Assembly: GCA_030704615.1 (NCBI GenBank)
Contig: CM060731.1
Span: forward strand, 16,430,001-16,494,000
Origin: Takakia lepidozioides
Taxonomy: Eukaryota > Plantae > Bryophyta
Direction: 5' to 3'
Length of the DNA: 64,000 nt
The notes under the pieces were generated by a model. That model worked only from the letters and a program-made list of their open reading frames with translations, was not told the DNA's origin and did no database searches. The translations under genes and the position numbers were made by a program. Each line of letters starts with the position of its first letter. Within the stretch, counting starts at the first letter, position 1. Shown here piece after piece: positions 52,201 through 64,000 of this stretch.

Positions 52201-55200
52201 AATATAACGAATTCAAATCCTGGTATTTTTCATCCGGCATGGATGGAAAAATTATAGATAGGATGCCAGTGTCACAACCCCTACAGAGGTAATTCCTCAC
52301 TCTCTGGTGACTCATTTGGTATAGATGAAAGTCAATAAAAGAGGAATGAAAAATTATAGACCTTTTTTAGAGGTTTTTTAGTGTTCACCCAGGTAATTCT
52401 TCCGGTATGGACAAAAAAACTTTATAGGGCGTGTGAAAACACTGTTTAGAGTCCATCTGGTATAGATGGAAAAACATGGAAAAGAACACTGATGCAACCG
52501 GCCAATTCCGAGGAGGGAGATAGAGGGAGAGAGGGGGCAACAAAGAAAAAACAAAAAGGTGGGGGGGGGGGGCTTGACTGAGCAGCTGCTACTCAGACAC
52601 TCCCCCCCTCCCCAACTTCCTCTTTTTCTTTTTGTTTCCTAATCTCTCCCTCTAACTCCCTCTCTCTTTCCCTCTCTCTCCCTCTCTCCCTCTCCCTCTA
52701 TAACTCTTTGGATTTCATCTGGCCTTAACCTTTTGAGGTTATTTAGTTTTTGATCCCAACCTTTTTCATCCAAATCTGGATGATATTATTATAGGATGAT
52801 GAAACTTAATGTACAGAAAGCTTGGTTTACCATCTATTTCTTTCATCTAAACTGGATGAACTACATGAATAATGGTTACCTATTTTAAAATCCAAGAGAT
52901 AATAAAACTACCATCATAAATGATGGCAGTTATTAAACCTAAGCCTATACCATAACCCTAAAAGATACCTTTTTATTGGATGTTATCCATTGACAAAGTG
53001 CTTCTCTTGATAAAATGTGATTTTCATCCACCCTGGATGAGAAATCGGGAAGTTATGCCCTAAGCACGCCAACACATTTCACAGCACTGAACTCGTGCTT
53101 CAGTGAACCTTGATGATGCGCCGCGTAAACCTGCTCCCTGCTGCTACATGGTACTCGTGATGGCTGGCTCTTGGGATGCGCATTGGCGGTTAGGCAAATT
53201 CATCTCTGGCAGACGACAAAGCGATGATCGCTTTGCTCAGAAACTCATGGTTCTTTATTTTGCAGCGGCGCTTTTACTCCTCGTTGGGAAGTACTCTATC
53301 CCTATTTACATGTTGCTCTCTTTTTGTATGAGCCATTCTATATCTGTGAACGCTTCTACTTTGATTGCGTTCTGTTGGAGACGATCTGTTGGACGCCATG
53401 GCGCAGGGCATACCACAAACACTCAAGGTTTTTTGAGTTTACCATTGCTTGAATTGTGATCTGTACATGCTTTAGAATTCAACACTGACATGGATAGCAA
53501 CTGTGAAGACCTGCCACTCACCTGCTGCATCCTCACTAACACACATCGCTATGTGGTGGTTTTTGGGACGGGCACAGGTGAGGGTCTTCACTTGTCTTGA
53601 TTTCTTGAAGCTTGCAACTCCTGTTCTTGCAAATGTGGATTCTGCTGCTGCCTAAGCTGCTGATGCCATTTGCTGTTTCAAACTGCCACCATGCCGCTTC
53701 AGACCTGCTCCAAGATGGCTCCAATGAGGATCTGTTTCTCTCCTTACCCCTGTTTCTGGTTTTTTACAACCACATTTGCATGTGTAGGAGTTAAGCAATG
53801 AAGGGTATAAGGGTAGAAAATAGCAGTTATTACTCTGACTGCTTTGATACTTGGCTCTGAAATGAAACTTCTTGGTATGACTCTGATGGATCAAAAGGAT
53901 AGGCTTTGATAGATAACACACATTCTTCAAGGCCCTCATATCATTTTGGTTTCATGGCTTGATAACAAACAGGGGTTTCTGAGCTGCTCTTTCACCTTGG
54001 CAGAGCTATTAAAATACCATTCCAGGCCTATACCTGCTTAAGGGGGCTCAACCCTGTTGTTTCTTCTTCCTTTTTAAGAATCTTGCTTGTATCTTGGTTC
54101 TAAAACATCAACTTCAAACCAAACCTGCAATCTGGTTTTTGAAATGAGTTTGAAATGAATTTTTGAGATGATGGTGCAAACTACGGTGCTTTCATGATAT
54201 GACTGACCTGGAATCCCACCCTCCCACCCTGTTTTTTCAGAGACCCTGAAATGTAATGGGGTATTCAAATGAGATTGTAAACATGAAAGGGAATGTTAGA
54301 TGGTGCCCTGTAAAGGGCTGTTTTGTCTTTCAATGACAATGACCTTAGCGGTCTTGTCCATGTCTTGACATGACATGTATATCTTCCCTCTCTTTCGTGC
54401 TGCTCACCAAAAAAAAAACCCACAGAGGGAAAGAGGGGGTAGAAAAAGTTAATAAGAGAGAGAGAGAGAGAGAGAGAGTGGGAAAATATTCATGTCATGT
54501 TAAGACATGGACAAGACCAACTAGGGTCATTGTCAATTAAAGACATAAACAGCCCATGACAGGGCACCATCTAACATTTCCAGTCTTGTCATAGCACACC
54601 AAGTGACTCCACCCATTCAATCATGATAAAATAGGGTGGGAGGGCGGGGTATGTTCATAATCAGATTCCTGTCATGTACCCAAGTGACCCTCTTGCACAA
54701 TATAAGTCAGATTGCAGCCTCAGATTACATCATCCATAGTTATCCATAGGATATGCACCATGCAAGATATCCTGGGCATATAAGAACTTCTTGCCACATT
54801 ACAGATCCAAGATATGTATACACAAGTACCTTGAGGTGATCCAAGACGAGCATTATGCAAGGTAGGTGAGAACAGCCTGCCCTACAACACATTCAGGGAA
54901 TGTTCACACATGCAACTGGAAGGACCAGCCTGCAATTAATTACACTTCGGGCATGCCACCAAGTAAACTTCTTGGGCATGGCAAGCCATATTGCAGCTGC
55001 ACATTTGGCCAAATATAAGCACCCCAAAGCGTGCATCGTGCAAGGCCTTCTGGGTAGGTAAGAACAGCCTGTCATTGTACAGATTCAGGACCTGTGTATA
55101 CAGGACTCTTGCTGGTCCAGCCTGCAGTAAATCAGACTCCAAACATGCAACCAAGTGATCACTTTGGGCAATTTGAGTGCCCAAGACCAAGCCCACTTAG

Positions 55201-57205
55201 CCAAGATAAATCATACAATGCAGGTGGCTGTTCATATGGCAAAATAAAGTAACTAATCACTGGCCAGAGTCCTTTAGAGCTTACCATCACTGTTACACAG
55301 AAGGCTAATGCCATGTTTTGCAAATAGAACCTCATTATGCCCCATTCCACATCAAATCCAGGTCTGAAAACGGCCTGTCATTGCCTTATCAGGCTGTCTT
55401 CTTTTACAAAAACCAAACCTCCTCATCCTTAGAGCCTAATAGCCACTGATGCCTTTACCCTTACACCATCAATCCTCTTTTAAGGCCAAAAAAAAGAGTA
55501 CGTAGTCTAAAAATCCACATGCAAAGCTGTCAAAGATTCAAGACAGGATAAGATTCACATGAGTGTTGCATGAGAGAAGGCTGCCAGGCCGAAATGCTCC
55601 ATCAACCGCAGCAAAAGATAAGTCAAAAGCAAGCATCATCATGTCAAACCGGGAGCAAGTGGGCCGAAATCAGGGCTGCAGGCAGCAGCAGTATGTTCAT
55701 TTTGCTCACATCCTTATCTGCAAGCTCAAGAGAATTCAAAGCAAGTAGGGATCCTCACCTGGTCCCATCACAAGCCCCCACAGAAACCAATGGGTTAGTG
55801 AGGATTGTAGAACCCCAAATCACAGACCCCTACACTTGTCATCGATGTCAACTAAGAACCTCAAAAACAAGAGAAAAAGACATGAAGTAAAAGGAACCCT
55901 AATCACCAAAAGCACCTTGAGCGATTGGGGAAGGTAACTGTGCGCCATCGCCATCGCCACCAGCAAGCCACCTCCAGCACAACTAAGGAGAAGCGAAGCA
56001 TACAAATGCTAGGTTTAAGAAGGGAGAGAGGGAGATGTACTTCCCCACATAAGCGCCGCTGCGAAACATAAAAGCCAGAGGAGGGAAAGAGACGATGCCA
56101 TCACAGCAGGGTCTCCCGCATGTGAGAAGAGACAAGACGCCGCCATTGCGTATCCCCGGGAGCTCGTCCGGCATGGGCACGAAGCAGCAGACAGGGTAGC
56201 AGCAGAGCTCAGACGCCATAACTCTCAACCCGCGATCTCAGAAGCACGAGGAGTGTAGCTGACGGCGGGAGAGACATCCTAGGACAAAGCCGGATTTTTC
56301 ATCCGCGGAGGATGAATAATCAACACCCTTTATCTCAAAAACCCAACGGATGTCATCCATTAGCTAGGTTTAAACAGTAGATTATAAGGTAGGGGTTAGG
56401 GTTTCACTCCTTAATTAGCAATAATTAAGGGTAATTAAACAATTCTCCAGTGCCATCATAAGCTGCTTTTTTCATCCGGTTCAGATGAAAAAAGTAAATA
56501 GGTTCATTTATTTGGAGAAGGTCCATCAGCAGGATGAAAGAGCAGTACACATCATCCAAGGCAACGGTTTATCATCCTGACAGGTAATTCATCCTCCCCT
56601 AAGAGAAAGCCTCATCCAGTACAAGAGAAAGCCTCATCCAGTACGGAAAAAAATGCATAAAGGAGGAATAAAACGAATTCAAATCCTGGTATTTTTCATC
56701 CGGCATGGATGGAAAAATTATAGATATGATGCCAGTGTCACAACCCTTACGGAGGTAATTCCTTATTCTGTGGTGACTCATCTGGTATAGATGAAAGTCA
56801 ATAAAAGAGGAATGAAAATTTATATGCCCTTTGTAGAGGTATTTTAGTGTCCACCCACGTAATTCTTCCGGTATGGATAGAAAACCTTTATAAGGCGGGT
56901 GAAAACACTATTTAGAGTCCATCTGGTATAGATGGAAAAACATGAAAAGAACACTGATGCAACCGGCCAATTCCGAGGAGGGAGACAGAGGGAGAGAGGG
57001 GGCAACAAAGGAAAAAAAAATGTGGGTGGGGGAGTGACCGAGCAGCTGCAGCTGCTGAGCAACAGTTGCTCAGTCACTCCCCCCCCCCCCCCCCCCCCAC
57101 ATTATTTATTTATTTATTGGTTTCCTGATCTCTCCCTCTCACTCCCTCTCTCTGTCTCTCTCTATCCATCTCTCCGTCTCCCTCTCTCTCCCTCTCTCTC
57201 CCTCT
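49290..57205. repeat. Large foldback / tandem structure: arm U1 (49290-~52700, forward), diverged inverted arm (~52750-54395), arm U2 (~54400-57205, forward, high-identity copy of U1)
   Basis: 50054-52690 closely matches 54440-57205. 53062-54395 aligns in reverse complement to U, e.g. gggatgcgcattggcgg, gcagcggcgctt, caggtgagg, and 54293-54392 versus 54470-54580. Confidence 0.8.
49353..50053 (-). mobile_element. 5'-truncated LINE 3' fragment with C-terminal CCHC zinc finger
   Basis: IIRPALEYGSAIW and CPLCGQSEDSTHFLIHC; 20-bp TSD tgcagaaaaa(a/g)ttaaaaaga at 49333-49352 and 50054-50073. Confidence 0.85.
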
Positions 57206-57229
57206 CTTTTAAGCTCCCGACGAGATGAA

Positions 57230-57497
57230 TTTAAGGTCAGATGGTGGGGTCAGCTGCATCATATGTCCAACACAGATATCCTAAGTTAATCGACTCTATA
57301 TCTTGGAAACAGGACCGCCCACCGACCTGTCAAACAGGCTAAGTCCTGGCAGAAGACAGTAGAAGAGATTCTCAAGGACGTGGACCTGGAACCGCAAGTC
57401 TTTACCCTGCTGGATAAATCTGACTTAGAGGCTGTAGTGTCCAACCATGTCTGTTGCCATGAGATTGTTTGATGAAACTGAAGTTAGGCAAAAAAAT
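57230..57497 (+). mobile_element. Short LINE fragment, same family as 49353-50053
   Basis: 57412-57497 (gataaatctgacttagaggctgtagtgtcc...gaagttaggcaaaaaa) matches the reverse complement of ~49885-49970 (DKSDLEAVVS...). Confidence 0.7.
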
Positions 57498-57499
57498 GA

Positions 57500-60400
57500 G
57501 TAGGATTTTACCCCCTCCGTCACCAATCACCCGCTTCTAAGTCTCATGTGTCTTCCCGAACATGAAATTGATGCGGTGAAGGATTTCTGTGAGCATGTGG
57601 AAATGTCACACAGGTGGAACAAGACAGGGCAGCAGGCGCTACCCCGGGGAATCAGCAATTTGTCCCTTGGACACCCCCTCGCTCCGTTGAGCTCGACGTG
57701 GCCAACAACGAGCACATGATGTGGCACCCGCAAGCCAACATCAACCTCTTAGCACCCATCTCCATCGAGATGTGGATGAAGTGGGGTAACATCACTAATG
57801 CTGAACACCTACGTTGTTATCAGGATGCTATAGATGGTTTCCAGAGATTAAAAAAGGAGCCCATCGCTGTTGCATGGCCCTTAAAAACAATTTATTATAA
57901 GCTATGTGACAAAGGGGACAATATCACTCTTAGGACCAAAAATGATCCCCCTACTGGATCTGTTCGTTCCCGGAATCACAAAAGCCAACTCTGGAACTGG
58001 CACAGGCCATACCTAAGATGTAATTGTGGACCTGGTGCTACTCCGTCTGGATGTGTTGGAAGTGTGGCTTGGTTCGATCATTTGGTCTGGTACATGATTA
58101 ACCATCTTGGGGCTTTCTTTCCTGATGCAACATACCCCTCAGCACAAAGCAAGTACTATAGCTTCATTGTATGGCTGATGAGGGCTGCCAGATCTGCAAT
58201 ACTGGCTCAGATAACACTCCAAATGATCCGGGAGCTCCTTTTGGAAGCAGCAGAAACTTTTGCCGATAACCCCAAGGCAAAATTGCTTGATAAGCTACCG
58301 GACTCCAAAGGGGCTAGATTCATTGAGAGATTGATCAAACCTGGATCTTTCTCCGACAGCCTCCCCAAACCTGCGTTTAATAGCTATAGACGGCAACGCA
58401 TTGAAGGGAACACTTTCCAGCAAACAGGGAGACCCAACAGGGGCAGGGGTGCTAATTTTAGAGGACGTGGGGGCTACCAAAGAGGTGGTAGGTTCGGGCA
58501 GAAACAACATTCTTTCTCCAACTTCGAGAATGCTAAGTCCGTAACCAGAACATCTAATGGAGGCTCTGGATCCAATTCCTGCTCCACAATCGACATTGGG
58601 AGCCATGGGTCGAACCGATCCAGGCAGGAGAGTTCTCCCCAATCCACAAGAGGAACTTTGATGCCTGGGAATGATCATTGACAACCTAAAAATGGTATGT
58701 CCTTTCCCTTATGTATGCAGATTTGTTGACTTTTGATGGAACAAAAAGAAAGAAAACCATGCATAAAGCAGCTGGTTTCTTATACATGTAATACCTTGAA
58801 TAAACTAGTTTTATTTCGGGGTCTATGCTCAATACATACCCCAATCACACCATTAAGGTTGTTATACTTGTTTCGGATACCCAGTTTGTCTAAAGGTAGC
58901 TTGATAATCCTTTTCAGGACATCTTCCGAAGGATTGGCATATGAGCAGGGAGAGTTTGCCCTTTTGGAGAGGAGTCTGGTATGCACTCCCTTACGGGGTG
59001 AGTGCATACCGCACTCACTCCGTAAGGGCCTGCCATACCATGGGTTGGATGGTGGGATTCCCTCTCGCAAATGAATCTGAAGTGCACTACCTTGACAAGG
59101 TGAAAGAACTCATGTCATTTCAGAAGGTAAACTCTCAGGAGGTTATAAGGGACATGCTCGTATCTGGAGGGCGTCTGGACATCCCTCTATGCCGGATGAT
59201 ATCTATGCCTGTTGTGCGTCCACCCTTTCCCATGACATAACAAAATTGGAGAGTGATTTCGTGCATGGATACAGACTTGGTGCACAAGTTTTTTATGTGT
59301 CACTGACGGATATAAATGGGAAAAGCACATTAGTGTCTCCAGAGATCAGTGATACCTGGGATGAGTGCTGGAAAGATGCTAATGAGGAGTTCGAGCTGGG
59401 CCTCATGATGGGAAAGAACACCCAACAATTCTGCAACCACATGTTCTACGTCTGGGACGGCAACCACCGATTGCTGGCATGGATGGGATACATTCAGAAA
59501 CATCATGCGAAAGACAAAGACAAGCATGTTGTTGTGGAGGCAATGGTTTTGGATCCTGGAAACGACATCGTTAGGCTTCTTATAGCTATGCACGACGTGA
59601 ACAAGTAAGTCATCCTAGAGACTTCATTCCCTCTGTAGTGTCTTGTTAATCCCAAAAAAACAGTGTTAAGGAATACAATGTTTCCAATGTTTTTGCAGAT
59701 CGACAGAGAAATCGCATGTGACAACAAGCTTGGTCCACACACTATTCCGAATTCAGAGGATTGGTTTGATGAAGCTGGATGATTTTCGGACAGTACTCCC
59801 CCCCAATATAATCAAAAAGTGCGAAACAGGAAGAGCTGCAGGCACTTGGTATTCTTTGACTCGAGAGGCGTTTCTGGAGTACATGTATGCGGTAAGCCCG
59901 AGTCTGTACTCCTTCGGAAAGCAGCTTAGAATAGTAGATCCTGGACTTGGTTCTGAGTTCCTTCAGTAGATCAAATCTCACTACGACAAGCATGTGCATC
60001 CGGAGATGCAGCAGGAGAAATTGCACCGGCTGGCCATATCCATGGTCGACCCACAAACAAAAATAAGGTGGCTGGAGATATGGAACTCAGATCAGACAGT
60101 AAAGGACTTGAATCAGTTCCCAAAGAGCACCATACAGCCTGGCACAAAAGTGGAAGGAATCTGTGATTTGGTGTTTGATAACTGGCTCCACAAGGCTACA
60201 TTTTGGAGTCAGGTGTGTATTCAAATAAGCCGTTTTTTTTTCTTCAATTATGTGAAGAGTATCTTATTTGCAATACTGACAAATATACAATTTGCAGCTC
60301 GAAAAGCGCGCCGTCATTGTGCTGGATCAGACTTTGAAGGACTTGAACATTTCGATTGTTTCCCCTCCCAAAATGTCATTGGAGGCATACATAAGGAAGT

Positions 60401-63400
60401 GGAGAGGTCTCACCTGGAGATAGTTTTTTCCGGGAGTTCTCCAAAGATGGTAATATTTTACGGTCCAACGACTTTGACAGTCAGGTTGGAGGAGAGTGGG
60501 CCATGATGCGAGTTGTGTACAGGTGCAATATCATATTGGAAACTCTACTGCACTTTTTGGAAAATAATTTGGCTTCATAAGGATTTTAATCATAGATCCA
60601 AATTGAATGTCGTTGACGACATTCACTGAGTCATTCTTAAGCGAGAATTTGAATTCACCTGGATTAGGAGCTTAGGGTGTATTTATAGTGTCCCTGATTA
60701 GAATTGATAATGTCCCTGAATGGCGTTGACGACATTCACATCCAGAGTTGTTAAGAGGTCCTTAGAGTTATGTAAGTTTTTGTAATGTCCATAGAGTTTA
60801 CAGTGAGGGTTCCTCACTCTAGTTTGTTGAATGTCAATGCAGACATTCAGTTGTTCTGCAATGCTTTTGCCTCTTGCGAGAAATCTTGAGGCTTGATTAG
60901 CTGTGTTATCAAAGATCCAAAATAAATGTCGTTGACGACATTCACTTCTATGTCTGTGTCATTCACCAGCGACAATTTGAATTTACATGGATTAGGAGCT
61001 TAGGGTGTATTTATTGGTTCCTTGTTCGGAATTTTGTGAATGGCGTTGACGCCATTCACATCCAGTGTTATTATGAGGTCCTTAGTGTTATGTACGTTTT
61101 GAATGTCCATTGAGTTTTTAGGGAAGGTTCCTTACTCGAGTTTCTGAATGTCGTTGCCGACATTCAGTTTCCATCCAATGATTTTGCCTCTTTTGAGAAA
61201 TCATTAGGCTTGATTAGCAGTGTATTCACAAATCCAAAGTGAATGACGTTGACGACATTCACTTCTATGTATGTGTCATTCCAAAGCGAGAGTTTGCATT
61301 CACGTGGATTAGGGTGTATTTGCAGTATCATTGAATGGAATTTTTTGAATGGCGTTGACGACATTCACATCCAGAGCTGTCGCGTGGTCCTGAGAGCTTC
61401 TTGGAGCAGTTCTCAGAGCCATTTCATTCATTGTTTTTTTCATTATGTGCTACGTGCATCTTACTCACTTCGCGCTTTGGTGGGTTGGGATTTATCTCCT
61501 GTTTAACAGGTACACGAAATATGTGCTTATGGAAGGAAATCACCTGAGCGGTATTCCAGACTATCTTGACATGTGGTCGGACCCAACAAACGATCCAACC
61601 ATGTATACTGCAGGGATATTGAAGGACTGGAGTCATTCTCACTTCAGAGACTGTGGCTGGTACCTTGACTGCCCACCGGAGCACACGACCTTTCAAGAAC
61701 AACACATGAAATATTTGAACAATAATGCTGAGATGCTGGCGCCTCTGACTGACGAGCAGTACCAAAGAAACATAGCAACATTGGCTGCCAAGGAGCCTGA
61801 TGCTCAAGGAACGCCGCAGAAGGGAAAGAAGGCGGGCCGCAAACCAAAAGACAAGGCTCTTGATGTCATAGCAATCTCACCAGCAAAGCCAAAGGACAAA
61901 GACAAGTCCAAAGAGAAGGAGAAGGAAAAGGACAAGGGGAAGGAGAAAGAAAAGGAGATGGAGAAGGAAAAGGAGAGTGGGCAGGACTTCGCTGCTGGAA
62001 GATATACCCGCACAGTTCAGTGCGCGTTCGATGCCAAGCCACACCCTTCCCGTTCTGATTCGGCAGGAGAGAGAGGGTTGACTGGCGATGATGCACAGTC
62101 AAAAGAGAGGATACACTGGGGTGCCTTCGCCTACCTGGGACAACATAATCTCATTCCTCAATCTGGTGAGAATTCCAGTTTCTTTCTTTTTTCTCTGAAA
62201 GTTTCATTGGCAGTATTTCAGTCTGGTTCTTTGAAAACATTATTGCCATCGTTCTTAAAATAAATATGTCTGTTGCAGGTGAGCACTGGTCCCTCCTTCG
62301 TGTGCGGTGTGCAGAAAACATATGCGGCTGACATTGTCATTCTCGACATCCCGGATGGCCAGGCTGTGCCAGAAGTTCTTTCAAATGGCAAGACGCCAGG
62401 CTGGAATAAATTCAAGGACAACTACTGGAGTTGGGTGTTCGGGTTCTGTAATAATTTCCTCTCTGATGCAGGGACACTTCTGCTTTTTCAGTCATGTGAC
62501 AAAGATAGTCGTCGGGCATTGGCATCATACTTGAAGTCTTCAGGGTTTGAAGTTTTGCGCACATGGAATTGTGTGAACAGCCTCTACCTTGTGAAAGGGG
62601 GTTTCCCTGGTCAGCTGGTATGTCGTCTCCCTTCTGCTTGTGCTTTCATGATGAGTTTCAATGTTCTCTGCAGCTCCACTCTAGAAGAATCTGTCATGAT
62701 CGACACCGATCATCACCGATTCGTGATAAAAATGATTGTTTTATGCCTGAGTTCTGAATAGCCGATGTGCACACTTCCACTATAGATTGTGTTTACCACA
62801 CTAGCCTGCTATCTTTGGCAGACGAGGATGTTCGAGGCGATCTGCCTGCGGAGGATTCGCACCTCAAAGACACCATCCTCCATCCGCAGCTTTGAGATTT
62901 CTGACCAGGGTTGTTTCGTCAACCCCCCTATGAGCCGCATGTCGATGACATTTTGTACAACTTCATGCAGTCCAGTCAGACTCTGAAGAGACCAGATGGC
63001 ACTCCCTGGAGAGGTGCAAAGGAAAAAATCCCTAGCGTTCATGCAAATACTGCTAGAGTCATGCAGCCACCACTCTGCACGGGTGGTCGATCTTTCTGTG
63101 TCCACAGGTTCGTTCTCTCCCTTCCGAATTGATTTTCTTTCACCAGTTTCATCTGCTTAAATCCCCCCCACCAAACTTTTCATGTCCTCCTATCTGGTGC
63201 AAGAGCAACTTACCATGCATGCAAGGTAGGCGGAAGAACCCTTTTTGGCATGGAGGGTGATTCTGACCTCTACAACACTGTGCTCCTCCCCCTTTTGTCT
63301 GGCTCCACTTCAGGCACACAGATTGATCGGATTCAAATTCGAAATGATGACGATCCCGAAGATAAGCAGGTCGACAACGACTTTTCATGTGAGTAAGTGC

Positions 63401-63725
63401 TAAACCCACTTTGGGAGCCTTACTCAATTTCTCAATAACATCAAAGTTACAGTAATAACTTTTTCAGGCTGTCTTTCAGGAAAGGCAGCGGTGGATCTTC
63501 AGAAGATACAGTCATTTGTGGCGAGTCTGTTTTTGACAGCCCCCTTTCCAATTTTCTGCTTCCTGATTATGCCGAAGCAATGGCACTTCACGCGGCCGAG
63601 TCCCTATCCCCTGACTTTTTACTGCCCGGCCGTAGGTGTAGCCAGCGTAGATCCGGAGTTCTTAAATACTTAGACTTAGATGCAGAGGAAGCGGGGATAC
63701 ATTGTACTGACTTTGAGTCAGAATG
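57500..63725 (+). pseudogene. Multi-exon gene: unknown N-domain + RGG tract + ParB/Srx-like domain + helical region + K/E-rich linker + beta-class amino (N6A/N4C) DNA methyltransferase-like domain; several frameshifts
   Basis: GT-AG introns, mostly phase-consistent, at 58695-58917, 59605-59698, 59892-59969, 60213-60297, 60523-61509, 62166-62278, 62618-62821 and 63108-63467. ParB motifs IPLCRMISMPVVRP..DITKLESDFVHGY and YVWDGNHRLLAW (59456-59470). MTase motif IV ADIVILDIPDG (62345-62359) precedes X/I/II WRGAKEK-SLAFMQILLESCS..ARVVDLSVSTG|CLSGKAAVDLQ..VICGE. Confidence 0.75.
60604..61367. repeat. Array of eight 22-bp palindromes TGAATGTCG-TTGA-CGACATTCA within a ~318-bp higher-order tandem repeat, inside an intron
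   Basis: Copies start at 60604, 60717, 60828, 60923, 61037, 61145, 61240 and 61346 (spacings 113/111/95/114/108/95/106). Confidence 0.88.
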
Positions 63726-64000
63726 AACTATGTTCTTTTAATATTCTGTTTCATCCTCTTTGGAAAACGTTGAATCCCCTTCCTCCACCGTAGTTGTTCC
63801 TTTGGAAAGAAAAATAATCAAAGAATCAACTACCATTTAAATTGCAATATGTATGAATCCATCTCACAAACCTCCCTCACTCTTGTCATATCCATTGTGC
63901 TTTCATCTACAGTGTATTCATGCGTGCTCCATTCATGAATGTTTTCCTTTGTTCAACATCCATTGTACATTCATCCTCTGTACTCTTTAATCCACCCCAC

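Noticed and set aside
52007-53060. Independent TA-flanked MITE with GG(A/G)C TIRs
   Set aside because: The inverted homology continues outward into both flanks, so these apparent TIRs are part of the larger foldback arms.
50707-56228. Duplicated short ORFs (e.g. 51279..51662 and 55570..55890) as a gene family
   Set aside because: They recur only because the DNA is duplicated; indels between copies break the frames and no motifs are present.
60604-61367. CRISPR array (regularly spaced palindromic repeats)
   Set aside because: Spacers are 73-92 bp and themselves recur with a 3-unit period, no cas genes are present, and the context is a eukaryotic intron.
57500-63725. Bacterial or phage contamination as the source of the ParB-MTase
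   Set aside because: The gene has multiple spliceosomal introns and is contiguous with plant-type repeats.

Overview
Eukaryotic nuclear DNA, most likely a land plant (spliceosomal introns including an AT-AC U12 intron, telo-boxes, plant-type POP1 and PIG-M); a non-seed plant is my inference. A central gene island (7.5-24 kb) holds POP1 (+), PIG-M/PEANUT1 (-) and an ATPase-dead MCM paralogue resembling MCMDC2 (+). It is flanked by nested, degenerate transposons: two copies of one Ty3/Gypsy family, a Copia, a chromovirus Gypsy, LINE pieces, a MITE and a solo LTR. Two things stand out. (1) The Gypsy family carries a complete DNMT3-like C5 cytosine methyltransferase between protease and RT, in frame with RT. 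It also has a PHD finger after integrase and an unusual A-B-A LTR. (2) At 57.5-63.7 kb there is an intron-containing gene fusing a ParB/Srx-like domain to a beta-class N6A/N4C (amino) DNA methyltransferase-like domain. One of its introns holds a regular array of eight 22-bp palindromes, and it lies directly behind a multi-kb foldback/tandem repeat structure that may be the terminus of a giant DNA element. All domain calls come from motif recognition by eye, with no database searches. Several frameshifts sit in homopolymers and could be sequencing errors.
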